This document shows, one piece after another, positions 1 to 10,221 of a DNA stretch of 64,000 nucleotides. The DNA lies in assembly GCA_010356995.1 (NCBI GenBank), contig ML996688.1:868001-932000 (forward strand), in the 5' to 3' direction. The notes below the pieces were generated by a model. That model was not told the origin of the DNA. It made no database searches and saw only the letters and a program-made list of their open reading frames with translations. Position numbers and translations under genes: made by a program. Source of the stretch: Trichodelitschia bisporula. Lineage: Eukaryota. Numbering within the stretch: position 1 is the stretch's first letter; every line of letters begins with the position of its first letter.

Positions 1-1219
1 GATCAGCATGCACCGCCTGCACGCTCGCCGTGATCCCCAGCTGCCCAAGCCGCCGCGCGTCCTCGGGCGATGCCAGCTCGAGGTGCTCGACGCGGTGCCG
101 CCTCCCGGGCGTGCAGGTCGCCAGCGCATCGATGGACATGTGGATCGCCGCATCGCCAATCGCATGCAGCGCAACCTGCAGGCCCGCAGCATCGGCAGCC
201 GCGACGACGGGTCCGAGCATCTCGGCGGTCCAGAGAGGCGGGCAGTGCGTGACCGGGTCGGCGTAGGGCTTGGACAGTGCGGCGGTGCACGCGTCGATCA
301 CGCCGTCGGTAATGATTTTGATTCCCGCGATGCGCAGATTCGGACTGGTTTGCTGACTGTATAGCTCGTTCAGCGCGACGGCCACGCGGACCTGGGCTAG
401 TCCGTCGTCGGGGGTGGACGGCGTGATGAGCCAGTGCGCGGCGATGCGTACGGGGAGTTTCTGGCGAGAGCGTAGTAAGAGGAGTGCATCCCACGCTGCC
501 TGGTCCATGGCCATGTCCACAAGCCCGGTGTACCCGGCGGCGGAGTACTCGTCGATAGCCGTGGACAGCGCAGCGAGCTTGTCTTCTTCCGAGGCGACAG
601 ACGCCAGGTGCGGCCAGACGAGCGTGAGAACGCTGGCCTCGGCGATCAAGCCCGTAGGGTTGCCTGCCTCATCGCGCTCGATGAACCCGCCTGGTTGCGA
701 AGGTAGCTCGGCGACACGCATCTCCTCCAGCGCGGAGGTGGAGCACCACGTGCTGTGCAGGTCTTTAGCGTCGATGAAGATGGGGCGCGGATCCAGATCG
801 TCGATCATCGATGCTAGGGCTTTGCCATCCGTCATGCTGTGCATCCAGCCGCGGCAGAGGATGCGGGGCAGGTGCGGGTGGGCGGCGGCGTAGGCGGTGA
901 TGCTGGACCGGATGGAGGGCAGGTCTGTGCAGGTGCTCAGGTCGAGCTTGGTGAGTGAGAGGCCGAGGAGGAGGAGGTGCATGTGGCTGTCTATAAAGCC
1001 GGGGAGGATGATTTTGTTGTCCAGTGAGAGGGTTTGGAAGCCGTTTTCACGGGCGGAGGTGACGACAGCACCGGTGCTGGGCCCGATGTGGGTGATCAGG
1101 CGGTTTTGGATGATCATGCATTCTTGGAAGGCATTTTGGTCCACCTTAATGGGATCTTGGGGTGCGAAGAAGCGGCCATTTTGCAGGATAAGGCCCGGTT
1201 CAGGGGATGATGTCGCCAT
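1..1219 (-). CDS. Amidohydrolase 3 (YtcJ-like) metal-dependent hydrolase, 3' end runs off the window
   Basis: Hand translation from ATG 1219 gives MATSSPEPGLILQNGRFF...KIILPGFIDSHMHLL...RILCRGW...DLHSTWCS...IERDEAGNPTGLIAE...GYTGLVDM. PGFIDxHxH metal motif present; no intron in the translated part. Confidence 0.85.
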   Translation of the reverse strand, partial: MATSSPEPGLILQNGRFFAPQDPIKVDQNAFQECMIIQNRLITHIGPSTGAVVTSARENGFQTLSLDNKIILPGFIDSHMHLLLLGLSLTKLDLSTCTDLPSIRSSITAYAAAHPHLPRILCRGWMHSMTDGKALASMIDDLDPRPIFIDAKDLHSTWCSTSALEEMRVAELPSQPGGFIERDEAGNPTGLIAEASVLTLVWPHLASVASEEDKLAALSTAIDEYSAAGYTGLVDMAMDQAAWDALLLLRSRQKLPVRIAAHWLITPSTPDDGLAQVRVAVALNELYSQQTSPNLRIAGIKIITDGVIDACTAALSKPYADPVTHCPPLWTAEMLGPVVAAADAAGLQVALHAIGDAAIHMSIDALATCTPGRRHRVEHLELASPEDARRLGQLGITASVQAVHAD

Positions 1220-1578
1220 GATGGTGGTGGGAAGGCCTGTTCGAAGCGCGATGTTGAGATAAGGCTGCGAAGCTTCGGCCGCCAGATCGTCAACTCGCAT
1301 AACATCCCTGTTCACGTGTATTGATCTTATTGATCGCTTAGGGAGGCAAAGCAAAATTCAGCAGATCCGCTTTTATGGGCTTTCTATGCATACCAAATGG
1401 TCAAGCCAAAGTTCTTTCGGGACTATGCAAAAGGGACTATTGCAAAACCATAGGTTCATGATGATACGGAGCTAGACTAGGGTACCCGAGTAGACGCCCA
1501 TGGCATTGCTTCGCGCCTCTGGCAGATAGAAGTATCAGAAATGAAATTCTCGAAACTCGTAAACACATGCCTAGTTAC

Positions 1579-3175
1579 TCAGAGGATAAGCTCCGCCTCA
1601 CGAGTGTGTCGAGCGTATTCGACTACATCATGAGCGTACAGATAATCCTGAAGGAGCTTCGCTGGAATTCGAGCCGAGTCAGTGAGCGATAAGGGCAAGC
1701 ATAAAGTATTAAAAACGGTGCGAGGAGCGAGGCAAAGAGATGAGATTGAAGACGCAAAACTCACCATCCAGCGTTGTCTTCCCGATTAACTGCGTCCTGG
1801 ACAATTCTTCCACCACCGAGGCCCTCCCATACCGAACCTGGTGCCACAGTTTAAGCAGTGCCGGAACCTGATCCGCCGCTGTACCACGCCTAAACAGTGG
1901 TCCTAGGGCACCAGCATCTTCAATTGCCTGGGAACCACCCTGTGCTCGATCTATAGCCATCAGTTACTTAGCTGGCAAAAGGCCGGCGGACCTACGGGGT
2001 AAAGTGGGATGTGCCGCATCTCCGATCAAACACACACGTCCGCGGATCCATGATGGAATCGGCTCTCGCTGTAGAAACGGGAAATGGCGGATGTTGTGCG
2101 CCTTGCGGAGACATGCTAGTATCCCAGGTGGGAATTCTGAGAACTCGGAGAGGAGAGCATCTGTTGAAGAAACCGAATACCAGGATTCCGGGGACGAAGA
2201 AGGCTTCCCGTCTGCTGTTTTAGAAGCGGGCTCCGGATGGATGCAAACGAAGTTGATCAACTCGTTATTACGGCACGGATAGGCGACAACGCGCTTGGTG
2301 GGAGTGGCGAAGATGTGGTTTCCGCCGTCGATGAAGACTGCGTCACAGTCAATATCATCGCCTATCTCTTTGGCCTCGATAATGAATCGATAACAAGCCT
2401 CGCCAATGTGATATGGTTTGGAGCCGCCAAAAACCAGATCGCGTGTGCGGGACTTCCGATGATCAGCCAGGCCCGCTTTCCGTTATTCGGACCGCCTTAC
2501 ATGTACGCCGTCAGCTGCTATGACCATATCTGCCTGATACTCTTCACCATTCACCAGCGTCAGCTTCCCATGATCCGGATCGATACTGACAACTTTGGAA
2601 CGAAGGTGTAGCTCTGGGACTGGATCCTGGGATGTTGTAGGATTGAAAGCGAGATGCTTCAACTCATTATGGAGGTCGACGCGGTGAGTGAGGTACCATT
2701 CCTACTCTATTAGCAGCAGCAAAGCGAACGCCATGAGACCCTACAGCTCCATAGAGCGCGCGCATATCGTGGAACACCTTGCTGATGGTTTCTCCAGTCG
2801 TGCCATTATGCAATGCTAGCTGCTCAATCATAAGTCTCGCTACTAAGCTACCTGGGTGCTTTATGCCACGCAACTTACACTGTAACAAGAGACGGCCTTC
2901 ATACGTTCTGGGTCGTACTGAAGCCATTCCAAGACTCGCGTAGCATTCGGTGTCACGTGAATGGCCGCTCCGATTTCGTTCTGAAAATCCGATTGTTCAA
3001 AAATGTATTATCGTTCAGTCAGGTTTAACATAGAGAGCATCAAGGAACATATCTTGACATTGTGGCCGCTCCTCCGTAGCGCGACAGCCGCAGAAAGGCC
3101 AGCAATGCCGGCTCCAATGACAGCAACATTGAGTGTCGGCTTTGGATCAAGCGCAGAAGCGCTGAGCTGGGCCAT
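1579..3175 (-). CDS. FAD-dependent monooxygenase (salicylate hydroxylase-like, FAD_binding_3), 7 exons
   Basis: VAVIGAGIAGL Rossmann motif, then IFEQ...EIGAAI, HRVDLH, IAADGVHS, YPCR, LIGDAAHPTLPHRAQGGSQAIEDA. Frame is intact after removing six introns; the first (3005-3052) is AT-AC. Confidence 0.9.
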
Positions 3176-3597
3176 GATGATGAAGTTGACGGAACGGTTT
3201 CTCGGAAAACATAGCTCCCCGCATTTCTTTATAGGGACCCGCTGTGATAGAAGTGAATGTCCCGACGTTGTGTAACATCCCAAGGGAAGCCTCCACCCGA
3301 CCCCTGCTGGTAAGGCGCACTGGACGAAAATGAGCCAATGGAGTACGGATGTATGCATATCGGAATAACCATGCGGCAACTTCATGGCTCTGTATGCTCT
3401 GTGGGAGGTTGGTTGAATTGGACAGGAGAGCTGTACAGACGGATCGGGAGGCCTGAACGAGATCGCAATTGGATTTGGGGGCTTCATGTTTCTCCAGCAA
3501 GCAGTGAATATGATGGTCCATGGCAAGATGTTCCATGGTCATTTCATTCGTATATGTCCGCTTGCTCTCACAGCATTCCCGTTCCTATCGGCAAACA

Positions 3598-4641
3598 TTA
3601 CACGCGGACAGGGTGCGAGTCCCTCCGCACCAGCAAGTGACCATTCTTGAGCAGTGAATTCGGACAGGGCTGTCCCTGTAGGAAGTCTTCCAGGTTGTGT
3701 AGTGTAGTACCTGATATCTCCTCCAGCGCCTCCTCTGTGAAGAATGCCTGGTGCCCACAGATGATAACATTCGGAAACGTCAGCAGCCGCATCAGCACGT
3801 CGTCGTGGATGATCTCGCCAGAATGGTCGCCATAGAAGACGGCCGCTTCAGCCTCATAAACGTCCAACGCGAGCCCTCCGAGATGTTGAGCTTTCAGCGA
3901 CGCAACTACGGCATTGGTGTCGATCAACCCGCCACGTGAAGTATTGACCAACATGGCGCCCTTCTTCATCTGCGACAGTGTCTTCTCGTTGATGATATGC
4001 CAGGTGCTCTCGATGAGTGGGCAGTGTAGGCTGATGATGTCGCTTTGCCCAAGCACTTGCTCCAACTCCATGAACTCGACAAAAGACTCAAGCTCGGCAG
4101 CAGGATAGGGATCGTAGGCGAGCAGACGGCAGCCGAAACCACGCATGATATGCGCAAAAGCGACGCCAATCTTCCCTGTTCCCACGATACCCACGGTCTT
4201 GCCTCGGATGGTAAAGCCCAGAAGGCCTTCCAGATTGAAGTTGCCTTCACGTACGCGGTTGAAGGCCCGATGCGTCTTGCGGTTTAGGGTCTGGATGAGC
4301 GCGACAGCGAACTCGGCCACAGCAGCCGGCGAATAGGACGGCACATTGGCTACGAAGAGACCCAAGGCTTCGGCTGCCACGAGGTCGACATTGTTGTAAC
4401 CGGCGCAGCGCAGGAGCACGGCTCGAACACCATGCCCAACCAAGGCTGTGAGGACGTCTGCGTTCAGGACATCGTTGACGAAGACGCAGACAGCTTCGTT
4501 ATCGGCGGCGAGGATAGCGGTTTCGGTGTTGAGGGCGAAGGTGTGGTAGGTGACTTCCAGAGACGGGTGCTTCTCGCCGCGGACAAGCTCGAGAAACTTT
4601 TTGTCGTGCGGCTGGACGCTGAAGACGGCGAGCTTCGGCAT
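3598..4641 (-). CDS. NAD-dependent D-lactate dehydrogenase (LdhA-like D-2-hydroxyacid dehydrogenase)
   Basis: MPKLAVFS...LLRCAGYNNVD...VPSYSPAAVAE...GIVGTGKIG...SLHCPL...VNTSRGGLID...LDVYEAE...GHQAFFTEEAL. Intronless; best start is ATG 4641. Confidence 0.92.
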   Translation of the reverse strand: MPKLAVFSVQPHDKKFLELVRGEKHPSLEVTYHTFALNTETAILAADNEAVCVFVNDVLNADVLTALVGHGVRAVLLRCAGYNNVDLVAAEALGLFVANVPSYSPAAVAEFAVALIQTLNRKTHRAFNRVREGNFNLEGLLGFTIRGKTVGIVGTGKIGVAFAHIMRGFGCRLLAYDPYPAAELESFVEFMELEQVLGQSDIISLHCPLIESTWHIINEKTLSQMKKGAMLVNTSRGGLIDTNAVVASLKAQHLGGLALDVYEAEAAVFYGDHSGEIIHDDVLMRLLTFPNVIICGHQAFFTEEALEEISGTTLHNLEDFLQGQPCPNSLLKNGHLLVRRDSHPVRV

Positions 4642-5643
4642 GGCGGATGATGGAATTACTACGTAGAGGGGTTGCTGAGGTACGCAGTGGTACGGTACCG
4701 TAGTGGGGAACCTGGGGAGTTGTGGGGCAAACGACAAGCGTTTCAGCAAAGCCGCCTTGGGGTATGCCCAGAATCACGCATCCACTGTGAACAGAAGTCG
4801 ACTGTCACAAAGGGTTGGCGCGCTCAGCCTCACTGCCTTGGAAGGTGTGGTTTGAGATTTGGAGGCCATGGCGAACCGCGAATGGCCAGTCGAAGTTGTT
4901 TGAGTTGTCGGCATTTGGATGCAAACATGACTGCACTCAAGACAACGACAGAAGTGTCCGAATGGAGAGAATTGCAGGCTGGGAGCAGTGATTACGTTCT
5001 TGAGCTTACTACCTATCGGTGGAATCCCATGGATACCGGATGTGACGGTAGGCCCGATAATAATAGTGGTGGTACTACTACTACGTAGTTCTAACGAAGA
5101 GTTCGGAATAGAAGTTCGGAGTCTCTCACCAGCGGCCGACACGTGCATCAGCCGTCGGAGCCCGCCGACAAGCCACGCCACCAGCCCCGAGTTCCCCGAG
5201 CTCGACCGAGTGCGCCGGTCCAACCAGCGCCTGTCGTCCTCGATATCTCCAACCTCATCACTCCACCACAACAATTCCACTACCGACCATTGGCTCCCTG
5301 TGTTCCTTTCCACGAACCTTCTGCTTTTGGCAATGATGGCATATGTGCTCACTAACTGTGCTAGCCGCTTCATGATGCCGTTACTGGCATCGCCTGACCT
5401 TTTGGCTGCGAAAATAGGAAAACGAGCTCGGCTAGACGTTCCCCTCAGTTCATGTTGAAGCAGCTAACGGTATGTCGGATGGGTGAGAGGTCTCATCGTA
5501 TATAAGAAAGGAATTCCACTCTCCAGTTTCCTCCATCCAGTCAATCATCAGCATCCAGCATCCAGTCACATCTCGACTTCCTCAGCCTCAAATCTCCATC
5601 CTCACAGCCCTTTCTCCCCAAACTTTTCATCCCATCAACAACA

Positions 5644-5902
5644 ATGCCTTCCTCGTCTCCTGTCCGCCGCTTCATGGCCTCGGCCGGTCTACACTTTAAT
5701 GGCCCGGCACGTCTGCCTACCCACCCGCACGACATGAGGTTCTTTGCTCGCCGCCTCGGTCGCACAGCCGGAACGTACGCTTTCCCCACATCCTTCACTC
5801 CGCTTACCCTTCTGACATTAACTCAGTTTCGTTCCTGCTGCCGCCCTCTTCCTTGGCTGGCCCTTAATGGCTTCGGCCTTCTTTAGCCGCTCGGGCATTT
5901 GA
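5644..5902 (+). CDS. 68-aa single-TM mitochondrial microprotein, Cox26-like
   Basis: Exons 5644-5774 and 5827-5902; intron GTACGC...CTGAC...CAG. Product MPSSSPVRRFMASAGLHFNGPARLPTHPHDMRFFARRLGRTAGTFVPAAALFLGWPLMASAFFSRSGI. TATATAA near 5499; the LGWP TM motif recalls yeast Cox26. Confidence 0.6.
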
Positions 5903-7259
5903 CTCTTCTCACCCCTCCTCTATTTTGTCGACGGCCTCGAGGTGTCGCCCGAGCCAGCACCTTCCAATGCCTGGGAAATCACCAGCATGGAACCGGAGCA
6001 GCTCGAGCGGCTGAATCGTGACAGTCGATACAGCCAGTACGCGAACGAGGTTATCGAATTCATCATCATGGAGGAGGGGATGCTTGGGTGATAGAGCCAC
6101 AAGCTGACCAGCTTTTTATGGTACATGAGGCCGATGTGCCTGGGACGACTTGCATTTTTTGGAGTTTTGTAAGGATTGGCGGGGAGTTTTTGAGCTTTAC
6201 GAATTGCCTTTGGATGGCGAAATGGCCCATGGGCAAATAGCCTTGAGCCTTCGGAGGCCATCATGGATGAGAGGCCTCACTAGAACATCTCACATCTGAA
6301 TTGAAAAGCATTTGGAAAAGACCTTCATGCCGCTTGTGGATGCCTACCGTACATGCATCAGAGAGTGGTTTCATGTCACGTGAAACGATTCCGAGCCTTC
6401 CACAACGTCATGAACGGGGATACTTCAGCAGCTCCACTTCGTTGCAAGCCTTAAACGAGGGAACGAGTCCCAGGGCATCCATTTCGCTCCCGTGTCTTAC
6501 GGCACAGAAGGTTCAGACGATCTACGACATGTGCGCTAATATCGCCGGGGGCCAGCCCGACCTTCATGCCTGAAACCTTCGATGCCGGCAGTGCTCCCGT
6601 CATTGCTAGCGAACGCTGGATCGAGGTAGGGTCAATAGGCTTGTCAATATCTATCCCTCTGCATGCCGACAGCTGACACTGGATTGGACAACATAGTGAT
6701 CTTCAGAATGACAAAGCGTATAATTTGCCGCACATACTTCCCGGCTCAGTGGCCACAGACAGGGCTGCGACTTGTTCAGCCACGACTTACCCCGGTTCCC
6801 AGCTTGACAAGCGAGATGCACTTCATCTATACAGTCGAGATGGCAGAGCGCTCAGACAGTAGATCTCCTCCCAGACCAGCCCTAGCCCTAGCCGATTTCC
6901 GATCCCGAGCTTTTCATCATCGCACCTGCACTTCGCATATAGCGACCCTCCAATCTGCCACCTATCGTTCGCCCTAGAATGTTCATGTCCCCTTTGACTC
7001 GTGCATTTTTTATAGCGCTGCCGAGCTCTGGCACGCGGCGCCATATTAAGCGGACGAGGTTGAGTGACGACCTCTGCGCGCCAGGTGAAAACTAGCGAAT
7101 GTTGCGAGACCTAAATTTTAGCCATCTCAGTATTTGGCAATCGTGAAATCGATGAACCTTATAACACAGAGATCCGCAGTTTCATGATGACTTCTCTTCC
7201 CACGGTGCCACCAGGACAGGCCCCTACCACTCGTTTCTCGACGACTCCGTACGCCCACC

Positions 7260-8344
7260 ATGAAGTCGACCTTCAGCATCCTCGCTCTCGCGGCCCTCGG
7301 GTCAGCGCAGAAAGGGAACTTTCCCGCCAAAGGCGACGGCGACTTCGCCGGCGGCATCTTCGGCATCAGCCTTACCGACCTGTCCGGCGTGATGATGAAA
7401 TCCGGCATGGACAAGTTCTTCGGCACGGGCTCGGAATCGCCCAAGGGCGCGAAACAGGGTACCATTCAGTCGACACCCGGCTCCGGACCGTACCCGGCGA
7501 AATGGTTCACTGACCCGTCGCTTCCACGTCACGTCATCTACGCGCCTAAGACTCCACCTCCCGTCAAGATGCCCGTTGTCGCGTGGGGTAATGGCGCCTG
7601 CGGCATGGACGGCACTGGCTTCGCCAACTTCCTGCTCGAGATCGCGTCGCACGGCTACTTGGTCATTGCAGACGGGCCGCCCGGCGGGGGCAGCGGTGGC
7701 TCAGCCAAGGGGGGGTCGGCGAAGGGTGGATCGGGTGGCGTACTCGGTGCACTTTCCGGTGGAAACGGCGGAGGCGGGCAGAGCAAGGTGCAGGACATGC
7801 GCGACTCATTCGAGTGGGCGATCAAGGGCAATGCTGCCAAGCTCGGCGACATCGACACGAGCAAGATTGCGGCTGCGGGCCAGAGCTGCGGTGGTCATGA
7901 GGCCTACTCCGTTAGCTATCACGACCCGCGCGTCAAGTTGACGATGCTGTTCAACATGGGCATTTACCAGGACAACAAGCGCTATTTGCTGCAGGAACTC
8001 AAGGCGCCTGTCGCCTACTTCCTGGGCGGGCCGAAGGACACCGGCTACCCGAATGTGAGTCGAGCCGTGACGGCGGTATGGGCCGCGAACTAACGTATTG
8101 CCAGGGTGAGAAAGACTACCCGCTTCTGCCCAAGGGCCTGCCGGCCTTCAAGGCCGTCCTCGACACTGGCCATCTCGGAACGTACTGGGCCACCAACGGC
8201 GGCAAGTCCGGCAAGGCTGCGGTAGCGTATCTGGAGTGGCAATTCCGAGGTGATGCCAAGTCGAAAGCCATTTGCCTTGATCCCGCGTCGCCGGGCAGCT
8301 TGGTGTCAGATCACTGGAATGTCACGTACAAGAACTGGACTTAG
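7260..8344 (+). CDS. Secreted alpha/beta hydrolase (chlorophyllase/cutinase-like)
   Basis: Signal peptide MKSTFSILALAALGSA; WGNGAC, EIASHGYLVIA, nucleophile elbow GQSCGG, GGPKD, TGHLGTY. Intron 8055-8104. Confidence 0.85.
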
Positions 8345-8675
8345 GAGAGAGGTCATAATGTGCGGGCGGCGCCATAGGGTTGCATTATGTAGCCGTTGAT
8401 AAGAAATGACGCCGGTTTTCGGTTTCCAAAGCATGAGTATCGTAAGCACCGAAAGATGCACTGTAGATGTAGTGTGACAGCCATCCACACTGGATTGGGG
8501 TTAGTCATAAATCTGACCTCAATGTAGTCCGATCTCACCTCTTTAAGACCAGACGATCGTCGCATAGCGCCTGCTGTATCTCCTATGCCATACCAAGGTC
8601 TTGAGGTGTCCAAGGCGGAAGGCTTGGAGATACCGCCGACAGTATAGCCGGGTTGGTCTTCCCCCCGGTAGCCGC

Positions 8676-9256
8676 TCAATCCAGTTCGCCCTTCTCCACA
8701 ATCGAGGCCTGCACAATTCTGACCTCCTCAATCGGTCGATCGTCCTTGTCCGTCCTGACCAATCCCATTCTCTGCACAACCTTCATCCCACTCTTCACCC
8801 GTCCAAAAATCGTATGCTTCCCATCCAGCCAGGGCGTCGGCGCAAGTGTGATGAAGAACTAGCCCACGATCAGCAACCACTCCCACTCACACCATCAACC
8901 AGTCAACCCACCTGACTCCCATTCGTATTCGGCCCACTATTCGCCATACTCAGAATGCCAGCGCCAGTATGCTTCAACGACACGCTGATCTCATCCTCAA
9001 ACTTGTCGCCGTAGATCGATCGCCCGCCGCGGCCGGTGCCCGTCGGATCACCGCCCTGGATCATGAAGCTCGGGATGATGCGGTGGAAGGCGACGCCGTT
9101 GTAGAAGCCGCGTTGCGCGAGCTGGGCGAAGTTCTTGCATGTTTTCGGCGCGTGGTTCTCGTAGAGTTCGACGGTCAAAGTGCCCTGCGGTGGTAAGAGA
9201 GATTGAATGCGCGGGAGTGTTCGTACCAAGTTGGTTTCAATCTGGACTTCGGTCAT
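8676..9256 (-). CDS. Cyclophilin peptidyl-prolyl isomerase, PPIL1/Cyp1-like
   Basis: [57 protein letters not shown]; two GT-AG introns. Confidence 0.93.
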
Positions 9257-9640
9257 CATGGTGGCGGAGGGCCCCGTTTAGCTTCGGTAACTATGGGCTC
9301 TGAGCGTGGCGAGTAGAGCTGGAGCGCTTGAGATGGGTTGAGGTTCAATGCACCTTTGACGCGTTTGAGATGGCACTCTTGGCAACCGAATACAGATACG
9401 TCATTCACAGACAGTTACAGCTCAATTCATACGCTTTCTCTTCACATTTAGAATTATCTGTTCTTCAAGCCGCAGCCGGCGACCTGTTCGCTGTCCGGCA
9501 AAACTAGGATGCCAAGCATTTAAGCCATTTCCGCTCCGCCCTCCGCTCCACCCCTCCAGGTCCGGACCTTTCAAGACAAAGACCACCGAGCATCACCCGT
9601 ACATCAGCGGTCTTTACGGTCGCCAATTCTCACCGTCATA

Positions 9641-10089
9641 ATGCCGAGTCTAGGAACATGGGCAAAGATGCTTGTGGGGTAAGTATCTTTCCTTCCCTGA
9701 TACTCACTCCCTCGCCCAGGCCGGAGGCTCACCTTGTGCCCAGAGGCGCGGCCATCTGCATTGGTGGCCCGGCGTTCGTGATATGGGTTTCGCCAACTGA
9801 AGAGGAGCTGGTCAAGGTAAAATTCTGCGAGCTCCAAGCTTACGACAGCGTTTACTTATTTTACGTAGAAGTACAATCCCGACCTTCAGAGGCGGTCACG
9901 CGAAAACCGGGAGCAGAGGCAGCAGGAGTTTGACGACTTTGTCACGAGGCTGAAGGAGTATTCGAAGTCCGATAAGCCAAGTAAGAATCTTTCCGGTATT
10001 CCTCTTCATATGTACTTACCTCTACAGTCTGGACCGTCGCCGCCGAAGCTGAAGCAGCAGCGAAGAGCAAGGCAAAGAAGGCGGAGTGA
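9641..10089 (+). CDS. CBP4: Cytochrome b assembly factor Cbp4
   Basis: Spliced (3 introns) [76 protein letters not shown]..., a typical Cbp4 signature. Confidence 0.88.
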
Positions 10090-10221
10090 TTTGGGAAATG
10101 TGATTACATTACCCAGTACAATGAGAACAGATTCCTAGCAGCCATCCAGTACATATCCATCCATGTTCCCAAGCGATCACTTAACAGCTAGCACCATTTA
10201 TCCATGCTCTCAAGTGATCAC

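Noticed and set aside
3598..4641. Recent bacterial horizontal transfer of the LdhA-like gene
   Set aside because: An intronless structure and LdhA similarity are not sufficient; such genes are widespread in filamentous fungi and composition matches the neighbours. A phylogeny would be needed.
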